Below, one piece after another: positions 38,518 through 49,242 of a stretch of 64,000 bases of DNA. The notes under the pieces are model-generated. The model did not search any database. It had not been told where the DNA came from and saw only the letters and a program-made list of their open reading frames with translations. The stretch is from Mobula hypostoma (taxonomy: Eukaryota), in NCBI RefSeq assembly GCF_963921235.1, contig NC_086097.1, positions 135,224,001 to 135,288,000 of the forward strand. The letters are read 5' to 3'. Numbering within the stretch: the first letter of the stretch is position 1; each line of letters starts with the position of its first letter. Both the position numbers and the translations under genes were made by a program.

Positions 38518-40335
38518 ACATAGAAACATAGAAACATAGAAACATAGAAACATAGAAACATAGAAAATAGGTGCAGGAGTAGGCCATTCGGCCCTTCGAG
38601 CCTGCACCGCCATTTATTATGATCATGGCTGATCATCCAACTCAGAACCCAGCCTTCCCTCCATACCCCCTGACCCCTGTAGCCACAAGGGCCATATCTA
38701 ACTTCCTTTTAAACATAGCTAATGAACTGGCCTCAACAGTTTGCTGTGGCAGAGAATTCCACAGATTCACCACTCTCTGTGTGAAGAAGTTTTTCCTAAC
38801 CTCGGTCCTAAAAGGCTTCCCCTCTATCCTCAAACTGTGACCCCTCGTTCTAGACCTCCCCAACATCGGGAACAATCTTCCTGCATCTAGCCTGTCCAAT
38901 CCCTTTAGGATCTTATACGTTTCAATCAGATCCCCCCTCAATCTTCTAAATTCCAACGAGTACAAGCCCAGTTCATCCAGTCTTTCTTCATATGAAAGAC
39001 CTGCCATCCCAGGAATCAATCTGGTGAACCTTCTTTGTACTCCCTCTATGGCAAAGATGTCTTTCCTCAGATTAGGGGACCAAAACTGCACACAATACTC
39101 CAGGTGTGGTCTCACCAAGGCCTTGTACAACTGCAGTAGTACCTCCCTGCTCCTGTACTCGAATCCTCTCGCTATAAATGCCAGCATACCGTTCGCCTTT
39201 TTCACCGCCTGCTGTACCTGCATGCCCACTTTCAATGACTGGTGTATAATGACACCCAGGTCTCGTTGCACCTCCCCTTTTCCTAATCGGCCACCATTCA
39301 GATAATAATCTGTTTTCCTATTTTTGCCACCAAAGTGGATAACTTCACATTTATCCACATTAAATTGCATCTGCCATGAGTTTGCCCACTCACCCAACCT
39401 ATCCAAGTCACCCTGCATCCTCTTAGCATCCTCCTCACTGCTAACACTGCCACCCAGCTTCGTGTCATCCGCAAACTTGGAGATGCTGCATTTAATTCCC
39501 TCATCCAAGTCATTAATATATATTGTAAACAACTGGGGTCCCAGCACTGAGCCTTGCGGTACCCCACTAGTCACCGCCTGCCATTCTGAAAAGGTCCCGT
39601 TTATTCCCACTCTTTGCTTCCTGTCTGCTAACCAATTCTCCACCCACACCAATACCTTACCCCCAATACCGTGTGCTTTAAGTTTGCACACTAATCTCCT
39701 ATGTGGGACCTTGTCAAAAGCCTTTTGAAAATCCAAATATACCACATCCACTGGTTCTCCCCTATCCACTCTACTAGTTACATCCTCAAAAAATTCTATG
39801 AGATTCGTCAGACATGATTTTCCTTTCACAAATCCATGCTGACTTTGTCCGATCATTTCACCGCTTTCCAAATGTGCTGTTATCACATCCTTGATAACTG
39901 ACTCCAGCAGTTTCCCCACCACCGACGTTAGGCTAACCGGCCTATAATTCCCCGGTTTCTCTCTCCCTCCTTTTTTAAAAAGTGGGGTTACATTAGCCAC
40001 CCTCCAATCCTCAGGAACTAGTCCAGAATCTAACGAGTTTTGAAAAATTATCACTAATGCATCCACTATTTCTTGGGCCACTTCCTTAAGCACTCTGGGA
40101 TGCAGACCATCTGGCCCTGGGGATTTATCTGCCTTCAATCCCTTCAATTTACCTAACACCACTTCCCTACTAACATGTATTTCGCTCAGTTCCTCCATCT
40201 CACTGGACCCTCTGTCCCTTACTATTTCTGGAAGATTATTTATGTCCTCCTTAGTGAAGACAGAACCAAAGTAATTATTCAATTGGTCTGCCATGTCCTT
40301 GCTCCCCATAATCAATTCACCTGTTCTGTTTGCAG
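38518..40335 (-). mobile_element. Very young 5'-truncated CR1 with uninterrupted RT ORF and long (CTATGTTT)n tail
   Basis: ORF 38642-40387 has no stops in the element-derived part; about six tail units at 38518-38567. Confidence 0.95.
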
Positions 40336-40815
40336 AACCAGTAACCAGTTTCCAGCATTTTCTGGTTTTCTTTCCGATTACCAGCATCTGCAGTTTTGTT
40401 TTTATTTCTCACATACATTAACTTGTTTTCCACTGTTCAGAAAGGAACATTTGAATAGGGGAATATTAAACCCCTTCCACTGAGTTTGATCTTTGCTGTT
40501 CTGTAGCTTGATCTATCGTTCTACACACTGTCACAACCCTGTCTAACAGTGAAACTCTGTGCCTTTTGAGAAAGTTTCAACTGAACCCTACCTCAGAAGC
40601 CCTTTGCGTGAAGAGGAGTCTCTTGACATCACCTTTCAGTTCAGTTTTAGTAAGGACCTCAGAAAGTCAAAATAGTTGAGGCCAAGTGATATGCAGTTGC
40701 AAGAAAAAGTTTGTAAACCCTTTGCAGTTACTTGGTTTTCTGTCTTAATTACTCATAAAATGTGGTCTGATGGTCATCTAAGTCACAATAATAGAGAAAC
40801 GCAATCTGCCTAAAT

Positions 40816-43341
40816 CAGGGGTGGCCAACCTGTGGCGCACTGGATGATTAGAAGTGGTGCATTGCACCCCAGTGATAATAATAAAAAAGTAAGCCTACTC
40901 ATGCAAAAAGTATTAACCCAAAACCAATTTGTAGAAAAAAAATCTATAACAGGAATTCCAGTAGCTTAGAGCTAGAAATGGGTTTTACTGAGAATAAATC
41001 TAAAACTTAGCAATTATTTTTTGCGATTTTATTATTTCATGCATATCTTTTGGTGAATGTTATCATCTTTCACATTAATCTGTTTTTAATTTTAAAAAAA
41101 TGTTCAATGAGTCAAACTAGGAAAGGACTTTTGTTCTGCAGTCGTTCCATAACTGTTGTTTGATCCTGAGGCGCCAGGCGTCTGCACCAGCGGTGCGTCG
41201 CAGGTTTTTGCCCGTCAGTTTACAATTGACACTCATGCTCTATGGAGTTGTGCTTTGTTCATCCTTTGTGAACATTTGCAGTTTTGTTCTTTTTCAAAAA
41301 TTAAGCCTTGTTTTTACATTCATTTACCCTTCACAGTGCAAAAGAAAATGAGCAAAAGAAAAGCAGAAAGTGATAGTAAGCATGAATTCAGTGAACAGTG
41401 GGAAAATGAGTTCTTATTTATAGCGGGTCCGTCAGGAAAACGTTGTGCATTGTTTGTGAAAACACTTTCTCACATAATAGAAGACATGATCTTAATAGAC
41501 ACTATAAAACACAACATCAGACTGAAATAGACGGAAAACTGAAGCTAGTGTTTGGGTCTGAGTTATGGAAAGAATATGTGATTAAGAAAAAGGAAGAAAT
41601 CAAAAGAAGACAAAATATATTTGTTTGGCGATGACAGAAGCATCCTACGAAATTGCTTTAGCGTTGGCCAAAAAGCGGAAGTCTTTCTCTGATGGAGAAG
41701 AAATTGTTAAGCCTCGTCTCCAAATATTTGCAAGATGTCTTGGTGATAAAAATATTGACAGGAAAGTAGACGAAATTGCTCTGTCAAAGCAAACAGTTAC
41801 GAGACGCACCGAAGAACTCTGTCATTATGTATCTGAGCAACTGAAAGACCTCGTCCGTGCTTGTACTTTATTTTCTTTAGTTTTGGACGAATCTGCTGAC
41901 TTATGTGATGTAGCCCAGTTAAGCATTTTTATAAGAGGAATTGATCATTTTAGCGTCTTTGAAGAACTTATCAGTCTTGAGTTGCTTCATGGAAAAACAA
42001 GAGGATCAGACATATTTCACAAAGTAAAATGCCTAGAAAATCTACAACTAGATTCTAGTAAACTCATCGGTGTTTGTACTGACGGAGGGCCGTCAATGAT
42101 AGGTAAAGCCGCTGGGACTACAACTTGCTTGAATACTTTTTAGGTCGTCCTCTACTAAAATATCACTGCATTATACACCAAGAGTCACTGTGTGGAAAAA
42201 CTTTTAAATTTGCAGCATGTTATTTACTGGTTGTGAAATGCGTGAATAAAATTAGAGCAAGAGGATCAAACAGACGAGAATTCAGAGAATATTGTGAAAT
42301 GTTAGATTTGGAATATGGCGATCTCATCCTTCATTGTGAGGTGTGCTGGCTTTCGAGAGGACAGGTTCTGAGTAGATTTTGGAAACTGAAAAATACTTCA
42401 TAATTTTCTAGAAGAGAAAAATGAGCTGCTTGAGGAAAGAGCCCTTTTAAGTGATAACAATTGGCGATTTGATTTAGCATTTTTAGTTGATGTTACCAGT
42501 CATCTCAGTGATGTAAATTTGAAACTCCAGGGCAAGAACAAATTGTTTCCTAGCTTAGTAAATGATATCAATGCATTCAAGATGAAGTTAAAACTGTTCA
42601 CCTCTCAGTTAGAAAATAAGGATTTGAGCCAGTTTCTACACTTAAAAGAGCAGAGTGAATGTGCTGAAGATAATGGCAATTTTACAAAATATATTGAAAA
42701 AATCAGGTTATTGCAAGTCATTTGAAAGTCGTTTTTGTGATTTTGCTAAAGAAGAAGACTGCATACTTGCATTTATAAACCCATTTTCACTTAGTGAACA
42801 AAAACATCATGAAGATGCCTAGTAACATACAAATGGAACTTATTGACTTGAAAACAAGTTAATTATTGAACATGAAATTTGATGAGCTTCCCTCAGTCCC
42901 AAATGCTTCTGACATGATTAATTTCTGGCCATCATTACCCTGTGAACATTTTCCAGAACAAAGAAAATTTTCCCAGAGTTATATCTGTCGTTTTGGAACG
43001 ATGTACAGATGTGAACAAGCATTTTCAACCATGAAATTGATTAAAAACAAAACGAGGTCATGATTGACATTCAAATTTGAAGAATTCTCTGCTACTCTCA
43101 GTAACTAATTTAACTCCAAACATTAAAAGCTTGGCGAAATCAAAACAGACTCAAAAGTCTCATTAAGGTAAGTAATGCTTATCTTGTTTTTATATTAAAT
43201 CAATATATCATGTAAAAATGCTAAATATGTCTACATTAACATTTTTACAAGAAGTGAATGAGGGTACCAGAGTTGTATGGTGCATCTGAACTTGTGCGTG
43301 AAAAAATTGACGCATGGAATGTAAAAGGTTGGCCACCCCTG
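40816..43341 (+). mobile_element. Full-length decayed hAT transposon (Buster/Charlie/SPIN, GTF2IRD2-like transposase)
   Basis: Perfect 16-bp TIR CAGGGGTGGCCAACCT; 8-bp TSD GCCTAAAT/GCCTAAAC with central TA; frameshifted transposase from ATG 41348 with LDES.D, CTDG.PSM.G, HCIIHQESLC, WLSRG, FGT.Y.CEQ.FS.MK. Confidence 0.95.
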
Positions 43342-44444
43342 GCCTAAACTAATAACACACAAACAATTGTACTTTTCATGCCTTATTGAACACATTGTTC
43401 AATCATTCACAGTCTAGGCTGGAAAAAGTATGTGAATCCTTGTATTTAATAACTGGTAGAACCTCCTTTAGCAGCAGTTACCTCCACCAAACATTTCCTG
43501 TAGCTGCTGATCAGACTTGCATAACGGTGGGGAGGAATTTTAGATCGTTCCTCTACACAAAACTGTTCCAGTCCATCAATATTTCTGGTATACCTTGCAT
43601 GATCAGCCCTCTTCAGGTTCTGCCAGAGCATCTCAATTGGATTAAGGTCTTGATTCTGACTTGGCCATTCCAAAACACAATTTTCTTCTTTTTAGACCAT
43701 TCTGTTGTTGATTTATTCTTGTGTTTCGGATCATTGGCTTGTTGTATTATCCAACTTCTGTTCAGTTTCAAGTGACGGACTACTACGCTGACATTCTCCT
43801 GTGAAAAGTCTCGATACAATTTTGAATTCTTTGTTCCTTCAATAATTGCAAGCTGTCTAGGCCCTGAGGCAGCAAAGCAGCCCCAAACCATGATGCTCCT
43901 TCCAGCATGTTTCACACCTGGGATGAGGTTTTGGTGTTGGTGTGCAGTGCCCTTTATCCTCTAAACATAGCAGTGTGCATTTCTGCCAAAAAGGTCAACT
44001 TTTGTCTCATCTGTCCACAGAACATTGTCCCAGAAGCATTGTGGAACATCCAGTTGGTCATTTGCAAACTTCAGATGTGCAGCAATGTGTTTTTTGGAGA
44101 GCAGTGGTTTCCTCTGTGGTGTCCTACCATAAACACTGGTATTTTTCTTATAGTGGACATGTGAACAGAGACTTTAGCAAGTTCTAGGGATTTCTGCAGG
44201 TCTCTTGCTGTTACCCTTCGGTTCTTTTTCATCTCCTTCAGCATTGCATGCTGTGCTCTTGGTGTGATCTCTGCAGGACACCCTCTCCTTGGGAGAGTAG
44301 CAACAGTACAGAATTTCCTCCATTTGTAGACCATTTCTCTTACTGTGGACTGATGAACACTAAGGTCTTTGGAAATGCTTTTGTAGCCTTTTCCAGCTTC
44401 ATGCATCTCCAACCCACACCTCCAATCTCATCTCATTGATTGGA

Positions 44445-45030
44445 ATAACACACAAAATGCTGGAGGAACTCAGCAGGCCAGGCAGTGTATATGGAAAAGA
44501 GCAAACAGTTGACATTTTGGGCTGAGACCCTTCAGCAGGACTGGAAAAAAAAGATGAGAGGTCAGAGTAAGAAAGTTGGGGGAGAGGAGGAAGAAATACA
44601 GGGTAGTTAGTGATAGGTGAAACCAGTAGAGGGGGAAGGGTGAAGTAGAGTGCTGGGAAGTCGTTTGGTGAAAGAGAAAGAGAGGGGAGAATCTGATAGG
44701 AGAGGACAGAAGGCCATGGAAAAAAGGGAAGGGGGAGGAGCACCAGAGGGTGGTGATGGGCTGGTAAGGAGATAAAGTGAGAGAGGGGACCGGGGAATGG
44801 TGAATGAGATGGGGAGGAGGTTGGCAATTACTGGAAGTTCAAGAAATCGATGTTCTGCCATCAAGTTGGAGGCTACCCAGACGGAATACAAGGTGTTGCT
44901 CCTCCAACCTGAGTGTGGCCTCATCGCGGCAGTAGAGGAGGACGTGGACTGACCTGTCAGAAAGGGATTGGGAAGTAGAATTATAATGGATGGCCAACAG
45001 GAGATCCCTCTCCAAATGGCATTTGTAGAA
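44445..45030 (-). mobile_element. Penelope-like element 3' end nested in the Tc1
   Basis: HYNSTSQS...YCRDEATLRLEEQHLVFRLGSLQLDG; hammerhead-like CAGTC-CTGCTGA-AGGGTCTCAGCCC-AAAATGTC-AACTG at about 44505-44543 (minus). Confidence 0.78.
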
Positions 45031-45409
45031 GGCATTACCCCAGAGGTTCACATATTTTTTTGAATCTAGACTGTAATTTAAATGTTGTACTCAGTATTGA
45101 CAAGAAGTACAATTGTTTGCATGTTATTAGTTTAGGCAGGTTGTTTTTGTCTATTATTGTGACCTAGATGAAGATCAGATCACATTTTATGAGTAATGAA
45201 TGCAGAAAACCAGGTAACTACAAAGCATTTTCTTGCCACTTTAAACAGGGTTCATGGAGCAAATCAGAGTGGATGTGGGGAACCTGTTTCCTCTCAGTGG
45301 GGAGTGTGGGACAGAGGTACATTGTCACAGTGTAAAGGGTCATCTGTCATTAGGGTTAATATAAGGAGATCTTTCTTCACTTGGAGGGCTGTGAGTTATG
45401 ATTTGACGA

Positions 45410-45945
45410 TCAGATGAGAAAGGGTGTTAAGCCATTTCTTAATTACATTACAAACTGAGGAAATGGCTACCTGACAATGCTTTGCTATCTTCTAATAGCC
45501 TTCTCCTGCTTTGTAGGCATCATTTATTTTAATTTTCAGAGTGCTGGGCAGCTGCTTAGAGGAGCCCATGGGCTGCTGATTGTTGGGACAAGGTTTGAGG
45601 TATTTATAAAGCTTTGAAATTTGCATCACCTGGCCTTTCTTAACGATGACTGTGAACAAGCCATAGCCCTAACAAGCTAATTAACATCTGAGACCTTGGT
45701 AAAAGTAATCTGAGAGTTCAAATCTCTTGGGGTGCCCAAACTTTTGCATGGTGCTCCTTTCCTTTTTTTCCCACTCTAAAATTGTACAAAACAAAAATAA
45801 TACACTAATCTTGCTTAAAATGTTGAAAAGAATGTTTCATCTTTAACTTTATGACTTTTGGAGATTAGTTCAACTTCTACTCAGTTAACTATTCGTAGTA
45901 ACAGAAATTTTTGACCAGGGGTGCCTAAACACTTGCATGCCACTG
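45410..45945. mobile_element. Terminal fragment of another Tc1-like element (IR/DR end)
   Basis: GGGGTGCC.AAAC..TTGCATG repeated near 45729 and 45918; ends CACTG|TA. Left boundary uncertain. Confidence 0.6.
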
Positions 45946-47499
45946 TACCTGTTGAGATGGTCTACAACTTCACTTAAAATAGGCTTTTGTGATCTCTTCC
46001 TATCTCTGCAACACTGCATAACTCTGGAACATGCGAATTGTCTTGTGAGGGATGGTCAGAGAGACTGGATTTGTAGCCACTGGAGTCTAAAATGGTGAGA
46101 AGTGTCTTGAAATAAACATCCTGATGAGGTATTCACAGGGTGGATGTGGAGAAGATGGATCATCTTGTGGGAGAATCTCCAAACTGGAGTCACCATTTAA
46201 AAACAATGTGTTCCTCATTTGAGGTGAACATGGGGCACAATTTTCTCTGAGGGATGTACACCTTCAAATATGTTTTAAGGGGAGAGACAGATTGATTCTT
46301 GATAAGGTGAGAGGTTATTATCAGATCTTATCAGCATAGAATTGCTTTTTATTCCTTCTAATTTGCATGTTTGAAGGTTCCATAACCTCTGCCTTCTCCA
46401 TTTCTGGCTGTTTCACTCTGATTTTAACTGGTGTACTGTTGGCAACTGTGCTTTCAGCTGCCTGGGCCCCAAGACTTGAATTCCCTCCCTAAACGCCACT
46501 GCCTTCCCTGGGTATGTATGTGTAGGAGGTTTATTTGATGTGTTGGGAAGGCTGGGAATATTGATGCCAAGATCTGGCAACCTTATGTTTATCCCTCACA
46601 AAGAAGTTAACAACTTTGTCAATGGGACAAACTAAAACTACGTTTCTGCTGAATGTTGACTGCAACCCAGATGTTGAGGGGATTCATTTTGTTCATCAAA
46701 TCCTTTCAAGTGGAGTGCAGTCATGACCAACTTAAATAAGAAACAAATCCTCTGATTCCAAGTGTCCCACTTCATAAAAACAAAGCTTTTGAGCTTTTAT
46801 TGGAGTATGGACCTGAAAATTCATAAAAGGATATATGAACATGATACTGTTTAAAAACAAAAATTCTCTGGCTGTTGGTGTTGCTGGCAAAGTCAGCAGT
46901 TATTCTTCAGCCTTGGTTACCTCATGAAGACTTAAATGAATGCAGTAGTTGGCAGCTCCACTAACATTCAATTTCTCTTGCATTATCGGTCTTTGGCATT
47001 CAGTGAAACATGTGCTGAGGTGTTCTGTACAGAAAACGATTTCCAAGAAGGAGGTAGTAATTACTTAATATACTGAAATATTTGTACAGCTAAATTATAT
47101 TGAGTATTCTGTGTGGTTAAAGTGGTTGGGACCAGATTTCCAGGATTTGGGACCTGAGCCTGTTAAACAAGATTGGAACCCATGGCATTAAAGGAAAGCT
47201 ACTAGCATGGGCCACAGTAGCATAGTGGTTAGCACGATACAGCTTAGGGTGCTGACATTCAGAATTCAATTCCAATGTCATCTGTAAGGAGTCTGTACAT
47301 CTTCCCCATGGAATGCGTGGGTTTTTCTTTGGGAATTCCGCTTTCCTTCCACATTCCACAGGCATACTGACAGGTTAATTGGTTGTTGTAAATTGGCCCG
47401 TAATTAGGCAAGGGTTGAGTTAGGGGTTGCTGGGCGGTGCGGCTCAAAGGGCTGAGGAGCCTATTCCATGCTGTATCTCGATAGATAAATAAGACTGGA

Positions 47500-47865
47500 T
47501 GACTGGCAGGAGTCATAGAGTGGGAATAAAGGGGTCTTTTCTGCTTGGTTGCTGGTGACTAGGGGTATTCTGCAAGGGTTGGTGTTGGGACCGCTTCTTT
47601 TCACAGATGTGAATTGATGGAACTGATGGCCTTCTGGTCAGGTTTGCCCACTATACCAGGATAAGTGGAGGGGCAGGTTGTGTTGAGGGATCAGGAAATC
47701 TGCAGAAGGGCTTAGATTAAGGGAATGGGCAAAGAAGTGGAGGTGGAATATCTAGTGAAGTATATGCTCATGCACTTTGGAAGAAGGAATAAAGGTATAG
47801 ACTACTTTCTAAACGGGGAGAAAATTCAAAACTAAGTGACTCAAAGGGACTTGGGAGTCTTTGCG
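47500..47865 (+). mobile_element. Old CR1 RT fragment
   Basis: Degenerate QG.VLGPLLF region of ORF2. Confidence 0.6.
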
Positions 47866-49009
47866 CCTTTCCCTCTGTGGGTTTGCTCTGGCCTTAACCA
47901 GTGTTTGGTTGAGACAACAGTTGGAATGAACTGTATGGCTTCCCCCTCTCTGACAATATTAATGTTATTTAGAAACACAAAAAACCTACAACACAATACA
48001 AGCCCTTCAGACCACAATGCTGTGCCGAACATGTCCTTACTTTAGAAATTACTTGGGGTTACCCATAGCCCTCTGTTTTTCTAAGCTCTATGTACCTATC
48101 CAGGAGTCTCTTAAAAGACCCTATCATATCCGCCTCCTCCACTGTTGCCGGCAGCCCATTCCACACACTCACCACTCTCTGCGTAAAAAATGTACCCCTG
48201 ACATCTCCTCTGTACCTTCTTCCAAGCACCTTAAAACTGTGCCCTCTCGTGTTAGCCATTTCAGCCCTGCGAAAAAGCCTCTGGCTATCCACACAATCAA
48301 TGCCTCTCATCATCTTATACACCCCTATCAGGTCACCTCTCATCCTCCGTCACTCCAAGGAGAAAAAGCCGAATTCACTCAGCTTATTCTCATAAGGCAT
48401 GCTCCACAATCCAGGCAACACCCTTATAAGTCTCCTCTGCACCCTTTCTATGGTTTCCACATCCTTCCTGTAATGAGGCAACCAGAACTGAGCACAGTAC
48501 TCCAAGTGGGGTCTGACCAGGGTCCTATATAGCTGCAACTTTACCTCTCGGCTCCTAAACTCAATCCCATGGTTGGTGAAGGCCAAGGCACCATATGACT
48601 TCTTAACCACAGAGTCAACCTGTGTAGCAGCTTTGAATGTCCTATGGACTCGGATCCAAAGATCCCTCTGATCCTCCACACTACCAAGAGTCTTACCATT
48701 AATACTATATTCTGCCATCATATTTGACCTACCAAAATGAACCACCTCACACTTATCTGGGTTGAACTCCATCTGCCACTTCTCAGCCCAGTTTTGTATC
48801 CTATCAATGTCCCGCTGTAACCTCTGACAACCCTCCACACTATCCACAACACCCCCAACCTTTGTGACATCAGCAAATTTACTAATCCATCCCTCCACTT
48901 CCTCAACCAGGTCATTTATAAAAATCACGAAGAGTAAGGGTCCCAGAACAGATCTCTAAGGCACACCGCTAGTCACCAACCTCCATGCAGAATATGACTA
49001 TCTACAACC

Positions 49010-49242
49010 AACACACATAAAAGTTGCTGGTGAACGCAGCAGGCCAGGCAGCATCTCTAGGAAGAGGTGCAGTCGACGTTTCAGGCCGAGACCCTTCTGA
49101 CGAAAACGGACTGACGAAAGGTCTCGGCCTGAAACTTCGACTGCACCTCTTCCTAGAGATGCTGCCTGGCCTGCTGCGCTCACCAGCAACTTTTATGTGT
49201 GTTGCTTGAATTTCCAGCATCTGCAGAATTCCTGTTGTTTGC
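49010..49242 (+). mobile_element. Fold-back (palindromic) Penelope-derived mini-element with 12-bp TSD
   Basis: 89-bp inverted arms at 49009-49097 and 49116-49204 with 3 mismatches; TSD CTATCTACAACC at 48998-49009 and 49243-49254. Confidence 0.85.
49111..49143 (+). ncRNA. Minimal hammerhead-ribozyme-like core (Penelope-type), probably defective in this copy
   Basis: CTGACGA-a-AGGTC tcg GCCT-GAAAC-TTC-GACTG; the opposite arm retains GAAACGTC-GACTG; the 5' strand of stem I is lost here. Confidence 0.55.

Larger units (their letters stand above)
40694..45241 (-). mobile_element. Tc1-like transposon with long TIRs, interrupted by a hAT element and a Penelope-like element
   Basis: TIR at 40694-40815 plus about 43342-43380 is the reverse complement of about 45100-45241. 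Transposase fragments: HEAGKGYKSISKDL, IMVWGCFAASG, QQANDPKH, WPSQNQDLNPIEMLW. Confidence 0.9.

Noticed and set aside
38518..38567. CRISPR-like or functional tandem array
   Set aside because: Simple 8-bp CR1 tail microsatellite with no spacers.
41348..43165. GTF2IRD2/EPM2AIP1-like host gene
   Set aside because: Multiple frameshifts and stops, bounded by TIRs and a TSD; it is a dead transposon.
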